A stretch of 64,000 nucleotides of DNA, from positions 80,687 through 144,686 of the forward strand of contig CAVYSE010000026.1 of the NCBI GenBank assembly GCA_963771075.1. Direction: 5' to 3'. A program made the position numbers and the translations under genes. Origin of the DNA: a candidate division FCPU426 bacterium (lineage in GTDB: Bacteria; Oederibacteriota; Muellerivitia; Muellerivitales; Muellerivitaceae). The stretch's first letter is position 1. Each line of letters begins with the position of its first letter. Shown here in pieces: positions 21,576-32,362 of the stretch. Under the pieces are notes generated by a model. That model was not told the origin of the DNA and ran no database searches. It saw only the letters and a program-made list of their open reading frames with translations.

Positions 21576-22490
21576 ATGCTGGCTGAGATTTATTATTTCT
21601 CGGGCACGGGCAATTCACTGGCGGTGGCCAGGGATTTGGCGGTCAAGCTGAAGGCGACCCTGATCCCGATCGCGACGCTTATGGAAGAAGTAACGGTCAC
21701 CATCGATCCGGACCTAGTGGGGTTCGTTTTTCCTGTTTATCATTCGGGACTCCCTTTTATTCTTAGGGAGTTCCTCCAAAAAACACAATTTCAAGGCAAT
21801 CCTTATGCCTTTTCGGTATGCACCTATGGCGCGGTGGGACCGGGGGCGGCGGCCCGATACCTTCGAACTGCCATTCGCGCCCGGGGCGGGGTCTTGTCGG
21901 CCGGATACGCGGTCAAAATGCCTTACAATTATTTGACCTCAACGGGAGCCCTTTACGAGACCCCCTTCGAAGAGCGACTCGCGATGTACGATGGCTGGCT
22001 CCAAAAGAGGGAAATGATTCTGGGTGCTGTCCGAAAACGGCAGAGCGGGCCATTTGAAACGGGTCCTCGGGCGCTGGGCAATTCGACTCCCGAGGGCGTT
22101 CCGATACCAGTTGGCATGGAACCCATTTCGGGGAAGAACGATCAAAAATCCAGGCTTCGCCCGTTGGGCTTGGCGGGAGAGACCCGCAGGAACATTTGGA
22201 GGAAGCTCCCCCTGATGGACGGCCATTTTTACCGGGACGATCAATGCATCAATTGCGGGATTTGCTCTGAGATTTGCCCCGTTGGTAACATCGAAATGGC
22301 CGCGGATGGGCCTGTTTGGCTCCATGAATGCGAGCAGTGTTTTGCCTGTCTGCAATGGTGTCCCAATGGGTCACTGCAATTCGGGATAAATACCGAGGGC
22401 GGGAAGAGATACCACCACCCGGATGTGGTCATTTCTGACATGATCGGGCAAAGAAAACCGGTTCAGCTACCATGTGGCGGTGGCGTATAA
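21576..22490 (+). CDS. EFR1-family flavodoxin/ferredoxin fusion
   Basis: N-terminal YYFSGTGNS; two 4Fe-4S motifs CINCGICSEICP and CEQCFACLQWCP. Confidence 0.85.
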   Translation: MLAEIYYFSGTGNSLAVARDLAVKLKATLIPIATLMEEVTVTIDPDLVGFVFPVYHSGLPFILREFLQKTQFQGNPYAFSVCTYGAVGPGAAARYLRTAIRARGGVLSAGYAVKMPYNYLTSTGALYETPFEERLAMYDGWLQKREMILGAVRKRQSGPFETGPRALGNSTPEGVPIPVGMEPISGKNDQKSRLRPLGLAGETRRNIWRKLPLMDGHFYRDDQCINCGICSEICPVGNIEMAADGPVWLHECEQCFACLQWCPNGSLQFGINTEGGKRYHHPDVVISDMIGQRKPVQLPCGGGV

Positions 22491-22527
22491 TAGATTTGAA
22501 CTCGATCAAAGGGATTGAGGGGTAATT

Positions 22528-22830
22528 ATGGTCTTGGGCATTCACAACAATAATCCTTATCTTCAAAATATCGCGATATCCGAGGAATTGACGAAAGCTT
22601 CGAAAGAAAAGCTGGAGAAAAGACCCCGCATCGATCCTTCCCGATTTACGGAGGGTTCTTCCCCGGTCCGAGACGAGTTGCAACCCGTAAAAGGGACTTC
22701 CGACGAGGGGGAAATGAAAGGCGGGGTGCGAAAAGATCCAAAGCCATTTGTTGAAGATGAGAATGTTGAAAAATCTCAGCCAAGTAATGAAGGTTCCCCC
22801 CCTGGATCTCGAATCGACATTCGAATCTAG
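22528..22830 (+). CDS. Hypothetical protein
   Basis: RBS GAGGGG before ATG; no recognisable domain. Confidence 0.45.
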   Translation: MVLGIHNNNPYLQNIAISEELTKASKEKLEKRPRIDPSRFTEGSSPVRDELQPVKGTSDEGEMKGGVRKDPKPFVEDENVEKSQPSNEGSPPGSRIDIRI

Positions 22831-23050
22831 ATTAAGGATTCTTAGCGAAGTCGGTCATTTGCCTAGGCTTGCAGGCCAGGCGTCTTTAAGGTTCGGCAGG
22901 AAGTCGATTTCTCGTGAAACCCGTGTCAATTCCTTGCGAACTAAAATTTCGAATGTTATAGTGTTTTTTAAAATCCAAGGGGATTTGGTGCTTTTTTCGG
23001 TCTGCTTTTTCCTTTTTTCCCGATCATTCTGAGTTGAATTTCGAGGTTTT

Positions 23051-25725
23051 ATGAACGGCCCAGCCGCTGGGGACAAGAAAAACATCGTCAAGATGGCCTA
23101 CATTTATTTCCAGGAAGGCCGTTGGGATAAGGCTATTGAGGAATATAGAAAACTCCTGCTTCTCGATCCTGAGGACATCAATACCCACAATATGTTGGGT
23201 GATGTTTACGTCAAAAAAGGGTCGGTGCGCGAGGCCTTTGAGGAGTACATCAAGGTTTCAAACGACTTTTCCACCCGTGGCCAAGCCGACAAAGCCATTA
23301 TCGTCAACAAGAAGATCGCCTCTTTGGATACCGCCCAACTTTCCCCGGATGGACAAAAACAGCAAAGCCTGATTCGAGAGACAATCCGCGCGGAAAGCGC
23401 AATGGAAAGCGGGGATGTAGACGCGGCAATTGAGGCTTTGAGCGAAGTGGCCAAATTGGACAAGGATAATTTGGCGGCCTATTCCAAGCTTGGCGAATTG
23501 TACGAGAAAAAGGGCCTCGCGCAGGAAGCGGTCAAGGCTTACCTTCTGGTCGCGGACAGCTTTTTCAAGAATAGGCTTTTCAAAAAGGCGCAGGAGATAT
23601 ACCAGAAAGTTGTTCAAATCCAGCCGACCAACCTCGATGCCCGGTCCAACCTAGCCCAAATTTTCATGAAACAAGGTTCGGAAGGGGACGCCAAAAAGGA
23701 GTTTCTGGTTTTGGCAGAATTGGCCCTGAGTACAGGGGATCTGGAACGGGCACAACAAAACGCCGCGCGCGCCATAGAGCTCAAAAGCATCGAAGCCCAT
23801 TATGTCCAGGGCGTCATCCTGTTTAAAAAACAACAATTCTCCGAGGCGAAGACAGAGTTGGAAAACCTGCTTCGCTTCAAGGTGAACCATGTCGCGGCCT
23901 TATCCTACCTGGCACGGGTCCACATGGAACAAAATCAGCTGGACAAGGCCAATGAAACAATCCAGCGGGCGCTAAAATCGGAGAAGGACAATCCCATGGT
24001 CCTGGAAGCGCAGGGAGAATTGGCCATGAAACGGGGGTCCAAACTGGAAGCCACCCAGGCTTTCAAAACTCTCCTGGAAAGAGCCGAGGCCAAGAGCGAT
24101 TTCGTCAAGGCCCTGGATTACGCCCGTTTTTTGGTTTCTCTCGACGAGAATTCGGTAATGGCCGTTGGGAAATTGGGCGAGATGTTGAAGGCAGTGGGCG
24201 ATAAAAAAGAGGCCTCCAACACATTTTTTAAAAATGTCCTTCTATTGGAAAAACAAGGGAAGAAAGACGAGGCGGTGGAATGGGCGCGTAAAACCCTGGA
24301 ACTGAATCCGGACCATCCGGGTGCTCAAGAGCGGATCATGGGACAGGTGGTTGCGGCTTCCCAGACTCAAGAAAGCAAGAATTCGATTCCCGTCCCGGAA
24401 GTCAAGACCCCGGCTGCCCCGGCGAGCAAGTCCTCGGTGCTGGATTTGGAGGGGGCCCCGGAATCCCTGCCGACACCTACCGCCCCCCGGCCAACGCCCG
24501 TTTCGGCCCCACCGCCCTCGCCGGTTAAGGCGACCGTGGTTGAGTTGGAAAAAGAACAAGTGGATGAATGGAAGGCTGAATTATCCATTGCGGATAATTT
24601 TATCCGACAGGGAATGTTGGAAGAGGCCATCGAAATTTGCCAAAGACTCGCGGAAACCTATCCGGACAAGCCCGAGATCAAGGAAAGGCTAAACCAGGCC
24701 TATCAAGCGTATGTTAAAACAGGGGACGATGTGATTGGGGCTTTGGAGGCGGAAAGGCAGGCAAAGGAGGAAGAGGAAAAAAACCTGCGTGCCGAAATGG
24801 AGAAAAAAGCCATTGAGGAAGCCAAGCGGATTCGCGCCGAAATGGAACAAAAAGCCCGTCAAGAAGCGGAAATCAAGGCACGGATTGAGATCGAGCGTAA
24901 AGCCAAGGAAGAGGCGGAACGAAAGGCGCTTGAGGAGAAGGAACGGCTTTTAAGGGAAGAGGTGGAACGCCGGGCCAAGGAAGAAATGGAAAACAAGATC
25001 CGGGAAGAAACGGAGAAAAAAATACGCGAGGAGCTTGAACAAAAGGCCCGCGAAGAAGCGGAACAGAAGTACCGCGAAGAGGCTGAGAAAAAAGCTCGGG
25101 AAGAATCGGAGAGAAAGATTCGGGAGGAGCTTGAAAAGAAGGCGAAGGAAGAGGCCGAGAAAAAAATTCGCGAAGAAGCCGAAAAGCGTGTAAGGGAAGA
25201 AGCGGAGAGAAAAATCCGGGAGGAGCTGGAAAAGAAGGCGAAGGAAGAGGCTGAGAAAAAGATACGGGAGGATGCGGAGAGGAGAGGAAAGCGCGGGAAG
25301 GTGCCGAGCGGAAGGCTAAGGAAGAATCGGCCAAAGCGGCGTCCAAGAAAGAAGACGCGCCCGACTTGAAAAGCTTCAAACTGGAACCCACCTCCAAGGG
25401 TGACAGTGTGCTGGAAGAAGGGAAGGATGATTTCATGACCATTGCCGTGGCAGATATTTACACCCGGCAAGGGCTGCACGAGGAAGCCGCGAAGATTTAC
25501 CGGCGGATCCTTGAAAACGAACCTGACAACCTTGAAGCACGGAAGAAATTATTGGAAGTCGAGCGTGTTTTGGCGCCTAAGGGGCCCCCCGAGACTCCGG
25601 CCGCCAGTTCCGCGGCCCCGCCTCTTGTCCACCCGGCCCCGGAAGTAAAGGAAGAGCCGGGAAACCCACCTGGTGAAAAAGATTCGGGTGGTAAAAGAAA
25701 GTCAAATCGAGTAGGCTACGTTTAA
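23051..25725 (+). CDS. TPR protein with an E/K/R coiled-coil repeat region (frameshift near 25.3 kb)
   Basis: Many TPR-like helices and repeated EEAEKKIREELEKKAK; ORF 25366-25725 supplies a last TPR and the C-terminus. Confidence 0.7.
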
Positions 25726-25842
25726 TTTTCCCTGATGGACTATCCTGAGGCGAATCACCAACTTGTCGCCTCTATTGTGGCTACCTTCGGGAACCTTTGC
25801 CTTTCAGGTAAAGCGATTTAATGATTTTCAATTGAGAGCGAC

Positions 25843-26664
25843 ATGAGTTACGAAAATTATTACGGGTTGAAAGAACAGGCTTTTTCCAACGCCCCCGATA
25901 GTCGCTTTTACTATGAAAGCAGCCAGCACGCTGAAGCCATGGTTCGCATGCTGCATGCCATTGATACCATGAAGGGGTTAACCGTTGTCGTTGGAGACAT
26001 CGGCGCGGGAAAAACCCTCTTGGCCCGAAAGGCTCTTGAGAAACTTGAGCAGGATGCTCAGTACGAAGCGACTCTCCTGGTGATCGTCCATAGTGAAATC
26101 ACCGCTGAGTGGATGCTTAAAAAAATCGCTCATCAATTGGGCGTGGATACACCGGGTGACACCAAGGGCCAGATTATTTCGCAACTTTTCGAGCGGTTGA
26201 TGAAGATCCACGAGGAAGGCCGCAAGGCGGTGGTCCTGATCGATGAAGCCAATATGCTGCAGCGGAAGGAAATTTTCGAGGAGTTCCGGGGTTTGCTTAA
26301 CATGGAAGTGCCCGGTCAAAAGCTGATTTCGATCGTCCTGTTGGGTTTGCCGGAATTGGAAAAATACCTGGCTTTGGACCCGCCGCTTTACCAGCGGATG
26401 GCGATGAAATTTTTTCTGAAATCCCTGACGCGGGAGACAAGCGAACAGTACATCAAGCATCGCCTGGCGGTGGCGGGCTGCGTCAAGTCACTATTCACTC
26501 CCAGTGCCTACCAGAAAATTTATGATTACACCAAGGGCATTCCCCGCCTGATCAACACCACTTGCGATAACGCCATGCTGGAAGGGTATCTCCTGAAGAG
26601 GGAGATCATCGACACGGATATCATCGAGCAAGTGGTCAAGGACCTTGGGCTAAAAAAAGACTGA
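25843..26664 (+). CDS. ExeA/GspA-family AAA ATPase
   Basis: N-terminus YENYYGLKEQAFSNAPD, Walker A GDIGAGKT, Walker B VLIDEA, LLGLPEL and GIPRLIN. Confidence 0.9.
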   Translation: MSYENYYGLKEQAFSNAPDSRFYYESSQHAEAMVRMLHAIDTMKGLTVVVGDIGAGKTLLARKALEKLEQDAQYEATLLVIVHSEITAEWMLKKIAHQLGVDTPGDTKGQIISQLFERLMKIHEEGRKAVVLIDEANMLQRKEIFEEFRGLLNMEVPGQKLISIVLLGLPELEKYLALDPPLYQRMAMKFFLKSLTRETSEQYIKHRLAVAGCVKSLFTPSAYQKIYDYTKGIPRLINTTCDNAMLEGYLLKREIIDTDIIEQVVKDLGLKKD

Positions 26665-26833
26665 GACTTTTCCTTTCTTCCTTTTTCTTCGATTCCCTTG
26701 CTCAATGATTTTTTAAAACCGTCCGTGAAGCGATCATTTGGATGGATAGGCATTAAAAACTTGAAATAATGGCTGGTCATTTGGTAAAACTATTCCCCTG
26801 ATTTGTGGGAATTTACAGTGTTTTTCGGTCTGT

Positions 26834-26908
<75 letters not shown>

Positions 26909-27104
26909 TTCATTCCTCCGGCGGGAGGAAAACTCCGCCGATACAATCTGACGGTAAATTCCTAAACCGCCTATGCAATATTGCATGGGCGCTTATTGTG
27001 GCCGCGCGAATCAATGGTTAGCGAAATCTCCGGGCTGGGTCCAATGCGTGAGATCCTCAGGCGGGCCAAGGCCTGAAATTCTTGCGCGAATGTGTTTTGC
27101 CAGG

Positions 27105-27180
27105 GGCGGCATACCCAAGTGGTTAAGGGAGCGGTCTGCAAAACCGCGATTCGGCGGTTCAAATCCGCCTGCCGCCTCCA
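27105..27180 (+). tRNA. tRNA-Cys(GCA)
   Basis: GGCGGCA...TGCCGCC acceptor stem, loop CTGCAAA, GGTTCAAATCC, CCA. Confidence 0.95.
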
Positions 27181-27217
27181 TTTTTCACTTCCTCAATTCA
27201 AAACGCTTTGAGGTGCT

Positions 27218-28780
27218 ATGACATCCTGGTCGGATCAAGATTTACGCCGGATGGAAAATCACGGGATTTCTCACTTGGAAGCGGATCGCCAATTGGATCT
27301 GCTTGCTTTTCCCCCCATACCCCCTCAATTAGATCGCCCCGCGACGCTAGGGGATGGCATTTGTAAACTTACCCTCGATGAGCAGGAAGAATGTTCCAGC
27401 CTATTTGAACCGGAACGCCTGGCCGGCCATTTTGAGAAATTTGTCCCAGCTTCAGGCGCTGCATCCCGTATGTTTTTTGACTTGACCAAGGCGTTGAACG
27501 AAACACCGCTTCGCCGGGAAGATTTAGAACGCCAATCCGAAGAAGGAAAATTGGAGGCGAAAAAGCTTCTAGAATTTTTCAATAACATTCAAAGGGTGGG
27601 GTTTTATCCTGACTTGGAAAAAGTTTTCCTGGACAAGAGGACGACCCTGGGGTCTTTGCTGGAAAAAGGGCAATATGGGGAAATTCTTCAAGCTCTTCTG
27701 CAAAATCCGGGGTTGGGGTATGCAACAAAACCGAAAGGACTTATCCCTTTTCATCGATATGGGCAAGAAACAAGAACACCCCTCGCCGAACATTTGTCGG
27801 AAGCAAGCCTTTTAGTCAGGGATGAAAAAGGGCTCTGCCGACTTCATTTCACCCTTTCGCCGGAACAGGAAGAATCCTTTAAAACCCATGTGGCGGAATT
27901 GAAAGAGAAGCTGGAAAAGAAGGGACTCGACCGATTTGAGATCCTATTCTCCAGACAAAAACCTTCCTCCGATACACTCTCATTGGATGAATCCGGGAAA
28001 CCTTTGCGGGATGAAAGGGGGCTCCTTCTTTTCCGGCCCGGCGGACATGGAGCCTTGATCGAAAATCTGGCCGAAGTTCGAGCCCCTTTCTTATTCATCA
28101 AAAATATCGACAATGTCACGATCGAACCAAAGGCGGTGGAGGTGGTCCGGTGGGAAAAGATATTGGGAGGTTATCTGGTTCAAAGCAAGGCAAAGGCGGA
28201 TGTTTGGTTAAGGGAACTGTCCGAACCATCGGTTGATCCGGGACGAGTTGAGGAAATCCGATCCGCTGTTCGCGAACAATGGGGGTTGGAAATAAACCTT
28301 TCTAAAGGCGTCGGGAAAAGCCCATTGGAAAGGCTCCGAGCTTTTCTAGATCGCCCGATGAGGGTTTGTGGGGTCGTCCCCAATAGCGGTGATCCTGGAG
28401 GAGGCCCCTTTTGGGTTCGGTCACGGGATGGAACTGTTTCACTTCAAATTGTGGAAAGTTCACAGGTGGATATGGCTGATGGAGTTCAAGAGGACATTTT
28501 CCGCCGATCCACCCACTTCAATCCGGTGGACATGGTTTGCGCAACCAGGGATTACACACAAAAACCATTTGATCTCAAAAGATTTATCGATCCACAGGCT
28601 GTTTTTCTTAGCCGAAAATCTTGGAATGGGCGGGAAATCAAAGCGTTGGAAAGGCCGGGACTCTGGAATGGGGCCATGGCAGGTTGGATCACCTTTTTCA
28701 TTGAGACTCCGGCAGAAACTTTTCATCCCGTAAAGACGGTTTTTGACTTATTAAAACCAACCCACGTCTGTCAGTCCTAA
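27218..28780 (+). CDS. DUF4301-family protein
   Basis: Motifs KFVPASGAASRMF, FRPGGHGALIENL, FIKNIDNV, GDPGGGPFWV, THFNPVD and LERPGLWNGAMA. Confidence 0.85.
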   Translation: MTSWSDQDLRRMENHGISHLEADRQLDLLAFPPIPPQLDRPATLGDGICKLTLDEQEECSSLFEPERLAGHFEKFVPASGAASRMFFDLTKALNETPLRREDLERQSEEGKLEAKKLLEFFNNIQRVGFYPDLEKVFLDKRTTLGSLLEKGQYGEILQALLQNPGLGYATKPKGLIPFHRYGQETRTPLAEHLSEASLLVRDEKGLCRLHFTLSPEQEESFKTHVAELKEKLEKKGLDRFEILFSRQKPSSDTLSLDESGKPLRDERGLLLFRPGGHGALIENLAEVRAPFLFIKNIDNVTIEPKAVEVVRWEKILGGYLVQSKAKADVWLRELSEPSVDPGRVEEIRSAVREQWGLEINLSKGVGKSPLERLRAFLDRPMRVCGVVPNSGDPGGGPFWVRSRDGTVSLQIVESSQVDMADGVQEDIFRRSTHFNPVDMVCATRDYTQKPFDLKRFIDPQAVFLSRKSWNGREIKALERPGLWNGAMAGWITFFIETPAETFHPVKTVFDLLKPTHVCQS

Positions 28781-28935
28781 TAGGCTTATAACCACCCGGA
28801 TTTTGTAAGACCCGGTATCTTTTCAATGAAATAAAAACTAGACAGAAGGCCTCCCTGGGATAAAATCTTTCTCCCCCGTCCTCCTCTATTGGTTTAAAGG
28901 ACGGGGAAAGATACAATGCGTGTTTCCGGGTTTGC

Positions 28936-29012
28936 GGGCGTATAGCTCAGTTGGTTAGAGTACTTCCTTGACATGGAAGGGGTCACTGGTTCGAGTCCAG
29001 TTACGCCCACCA
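28936..29012 (+). tRNA. tRNA-Val(GAC)
   Basis: GGGCGTA...TACGCCC acceptor stem, loop TTGACAT, GGTTCGAGTCC, CCA. Confidence 0.97.
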
Positions 29013-29091
29013 TTTATTCCGCGAAATTAGGTCACGCTGATGTTTTCTGGTTGACGATCAAACTTGTTCTTTCGATAACCTAGGATCTCCA

Positions 29092-30936
29092 ATGTCCGAC
29101 AAATACGAACCGAAACATCAGATGGATGAAAATCTCTACAAGATCCGCCATTCCATGGCCCATGTCCTGGCCCAGGCCGTCCTGCAGGTTCGCCCCAAGG
29201 CCCAACTGGGTTTTGGACCTCCCATCCGCACCGGTTTTTACTACGACTTCCTTCTTGAAGAACCACTGACTGAAGCCGATTTGCCGGACATTGAAAAACG
29301 CATGCGGAAGATCATCCAGGAAAAAGAAACATTTAAACGGGAAGATCTACCCAAGGAACGGATGCGCTGGAAAAACTCGCGAAGCCATGGGCCAGGCCCT
29401 GAAAGTGGAATACGCTCAGGAACTGTTGAAGTCAAACGAGTCCCTGAGTTTTTACACCAGCGGCCCATTCGTGGACATGTGCGAAGGGCCCCATGTGGAA
29501 AACACCTCCCAGATCCCCGTCATGTCGTTCAAACTGGACTCGATCGCCGGCAGTTACTGGCGGGGGGATTCCTCCAAACCCATGTTGACCCGCATTTACG
29601 GCCTTTGTTTTCCCTCGCGAGGCCGAATTAAAGGAATTCATCAAGAATCAGGGAACTGGCCCTGAAAAGGGACCACCGCAAATTGGGTCAGGAACTGGAA
29701 CTTTTCACCATCGATGAGCGGGTGGGCAAGGGACTTCCCCTCTGGCTGCCCAATGGGACCGTTATCCGGGAGGAACTGGAAAAGTTCGCCAAGGAAATGG
29801 AATTTAAGGACGGTTACGACCGTGTGGCGACCCCCCATATCGCCAACGGGGAGCTTTATAAGCTGTCGGGACATCTCAAGCTTTATAAAGACTCCATGTT
29901 CCCGCCTATGCGCAGCGTTGAAAAGGACCCGGACTCTCCCTCGCCGAAGAGTTTTATTTAAAGCCCATGAATTGCCCCCATCATCACATGATCTACCTGA
30001 ACCGTCCCCGCAGTTACCGGGAGCTACCCCTGCGATTGGCGGAATATGGAACGGTTTACCGTTTCGAGAAATCGGGCCAGTTGGCGGGTTTGCTGAGGGT
30101 GCGGGGATTGGCCATGAATGACGCCCATATCTATTGCACCCGGGAACAAATTAAAGACGGAGATCAAGAAGGTCGTGGCGCATGCACAAGATGTACTTCG
30201 AGAAATTCCGCATGGATAAGATCTGGGTGCGCTTTCCCTCCACGACCAGGACAAGGAGAAATTCGTCGGGAACGAGGAACTCTGGATCGAAACCGAAAAT
30301 ATTCTCCGCGATGTGTTGAAAGAATTGAAGCGTGGAATATGAGGAAGTGCAGGGTGAGGCCGCCTTCTACGGCCCCAAGATCGACTATCAGACTGAAAAT
30401 GTACTGGGACGGGAGGAAACCGCCGCTACGGTTCAGCTGGATTTTACTTCCCCCGAGCGGTTCCAACTGGAATACACCGCCCCGGACGGTTCCAAACAAA
30501 CGCCCTTTATCATCCACCGGGCTCCGTTGGGTACCCATGAAAGGTTCATTTCATTCTTCATTGAACGATGGGGCGGCGCTTTCCCGTCGTGGTTGTCGCC
30601 CTTCAGGTCCGGATCGTGCCCGTGGCCGATGATTTTATGCCTACGCGAAGGAATCTGGGCGACGAGTTTAAAGGCGGTGATGATTCGGTGCGACGTGGAT
30701 GCCTCCAACGACTCCTTCTCGAAAAAGGTCCGTAACGCCATCACGAAGAAGATCCCGAATATTTGGATTGTCGGGTGCAAACGAGGTGAAGGACGGAACC
30801 ATCACCTGGCGCCGTTACGCGGTTGAAAAGCAGGCCCGGTTTCCCAAGAACCCAAGCTGCAGCGATCCTACTTAAGATGATTCGCGACCGGATGATGGAT
30901 AATTTCGCCGATGTGGACCTGCCTTCCGTCGAATAA
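29092..30936 (+). CDS. thrS: Threonine--tRNA ligase (several frameshifts, probably sequencing errors)
   Basis: [44 protein letters not shown] and [13 protein letters not shown] spread over consecutive frames; sits upstream of infC. Confidence 0.9.
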
Positions 30937-30949
30937 CCTTAAAAAAGCT

Positions 30950-30978
30950 TTGACAAAGAAATGGCCAGTCGGTAGGAT
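30950..30978 (+). promoter_or_regulatory. Sigma70 promoter of the infC-rpmI-rplT operon
   Basis: TTGACA-17 bp-TAGGAT. Confidence 0.75.
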
Positions 30979-30985
30979 TCTTCAC

Positions 30986-31112
30986 TCAAGCAGGGGATTC
31001 CGTCTCCTCACCCCCAGCCCTCTGGGCGCGAAAGGGTTTGTGTCTTCACTCAAGCTGTTTTATTTTTTGATTGATTAGACCTGGACGGGGCCTTCGGCTT
31101 CGTCCTTTTTTA
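30986..31112 (+). ncRNA. Putative ribosomal protein L20 leader with attenuator hairpin
   Basis: AAGCAGGGGATTCCGTCTCCTCACC resembles the L20 leader start; terminator GGACGGGGCCTTCGGCTTCGTCCTTTTTT precedes infC. Confidence 0.55.
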
Positions 31113-31137
31113 TTATTTGAACAGGGAGGTAGAGTTT

Positions 31138-31704
31138 ATTTCTTCGCAAAAAGAATTAAAGATCAACCATCAGATACGGGCCCGCCAGGTCCGTCTGATC
31201 GGTGAGGCTGGCGAGCAGTTAGGAATTGTGGATCTTCCCAAGGCGCAGGGAATCGCGCGGGAAAAGAACCTAGACCTGGTGGAGATCGCCCCGGACGGTG
31301 TTCCTCCCGTCTGCCGCATCATGAATTACGGAAAATTCCGCTATGCTCAGCGCAAACGCGACAAGGAAGCTTCGAAAAAACAACGGGTCATGAAGGTCAA
31401 AGAACTGAAGATACGGCCCAAAATTGACGAGCATGATTACCAGACCAAGCTTCGCATGGCATGGAATTTTTTCGAGCACGGGGACAAGGTCAAGGTTGCC
31501 CTGGTGTTCCGCGGCAGGGAAATGAGCCATAAAGACCTGGGTCGCCAGTTGATGGATCGGGTCATGGAAGATTTGGCGGATGTGGGAGAATTGGAAGCTC
31601 CTCCGAAAGACGAGGGTATGCAGATCATCGCGTATTTTAACCCCCGGCCCCTGAAGCCGGCCGCGAAGGAAACAACGGAAATCAAGGAAGGTGAAAATGG
31701 GTAA
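31138..31704 (+). CDS. infC: Translation initiation factor IF-3 (ATT start)
   Basis: INHQIRARQVRLI, PPVCRIMNYGKF and KVKELKIRPKIDEHDY; SD GGAGGT followed by an in-frame ATT at 31138. Confidence 0.95.
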   Translation: MSSQKELKINHQIRARQVRLIGEAGEQLGIVDLPKAQGIAREKNLDLVEIAPDGVPPVCRIMNYGKFRYAQRKRDKEASKKQRVMKVKELKIRPKIDEHDYQTKLRMAWNFFEHGDKVKVALVFRGREMSHKDLGRQLMDRVMEDLADVGELEAPPKDEGMQIIAYFNPRPLKPAAKETTEIKEGENG

Positions 31705-31897
31705 GGGATTCAAGACGAAGAAAAGCATTTTGAAGCGTTTCAAGGTGACGGGTACGGGAAAGATCATGGTCAAGAAGCAGACCGGACGCGGCCATTTGCT
31801 GGCCCACAAGACCCGCAAACGCAAACGTCAGTTGAAGGGCCAGCCCGTATTGGGCAAAACCCACACCTTCCGCATCAAGCGGATGATCCAGATTTAA
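31697..31897 (+). CDS. rpmI: 50S ribosomal protein L35
   Basis: KTKKSILKRFKVTGTGK; gene order infC-rpmI-rplT. Confidence 0.95.
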   Translation: MGKGFKTKKSILKRFKVTGTGKIMVKKQTGRGHLLAHKTRKRKRQLKGQPVLGKTHTFRIKRMIQI

Positions 31898-31913
31898 TTA
31901 ACCGGAGAAGAAC

Positions 31914-32291
31914 ATGGCACGTATTAAACGAGCAGTCGCGAAGAGAAAACGCAAGAAGAAGTTTTTTAAACTCACGAAGGGTTATTTCGGGGCGAAGAGC
32001 CGCCAGTACCGTACCGTACGGGAAGCGTCCAAACGCTCCGGAAATTACGCCTTTCGGGACCGTAAGGCCCGTAAACGGGAGTTCCGCCGGCTTTGGATCA
32101 CACGTCTTAATGCCGCCGTTCGTGAGAATGGGATGTCCTACAGCAATTTTATTGCCGGCTTGAAAAAGGCTGAGGTGGCTTTGGACCGTAAGATCATGGC
32201 GGATTTGGCCCTGAACGACCCTGCCGCGTTCAAACAGCTGGTGGAAGTTGCCAAAGCCAATTTGCAAGCCAAGGTTGTCGCGGCACAGTAA
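31914..32291 (+). CDS. rplT: 50S ribosomal protein L20
   Basis: [30 protein letters not shown] and [10 protein letters not shown]. Confidence 0.97.
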   Translation: MARIKRAVAKRKRKKKFFKLTKGYFGAKSRQYRTVREASKRSGNYAFRDRKARKREFRRLWITRLNAAVRENGMSYSNFIAGLKKAEVALDRKIMADLALNDPAAFKQLVEVAKANLQAKVVAAQ

Positions 32292-32321
32292 TGCTTTAGC
32301 CCGCGTTTGCAGTCGCTTGAT

Positions 32322-32362
32322 CACACCTTTCATCGCGCAAGCGGTGAGAGGTGTTTTGTTTT
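32322..32362 (+). terminator. Intrinsic terminator after rplT
   Basis: Hairpin CACCTTTCATCGC-GCAA-GCGGTGAGAGGTG followed by a T-rich tract. Confidence 0.65.

Noticed and set aside
25808..25821. Operator-like GTAAAGCGATTTAA upstream of the ExeA-like gene
   Set aside because: Weaker match, outside the sugar locus, and plausible by chance in AT-rich intergenic DNA.
29092..30936. thrS as a true pseudogene or programmed frameshift
   Set aside because: Essential gene with many scattered indels; similar single-base slips in GH36, the TPR gene and others point to sequencing error.
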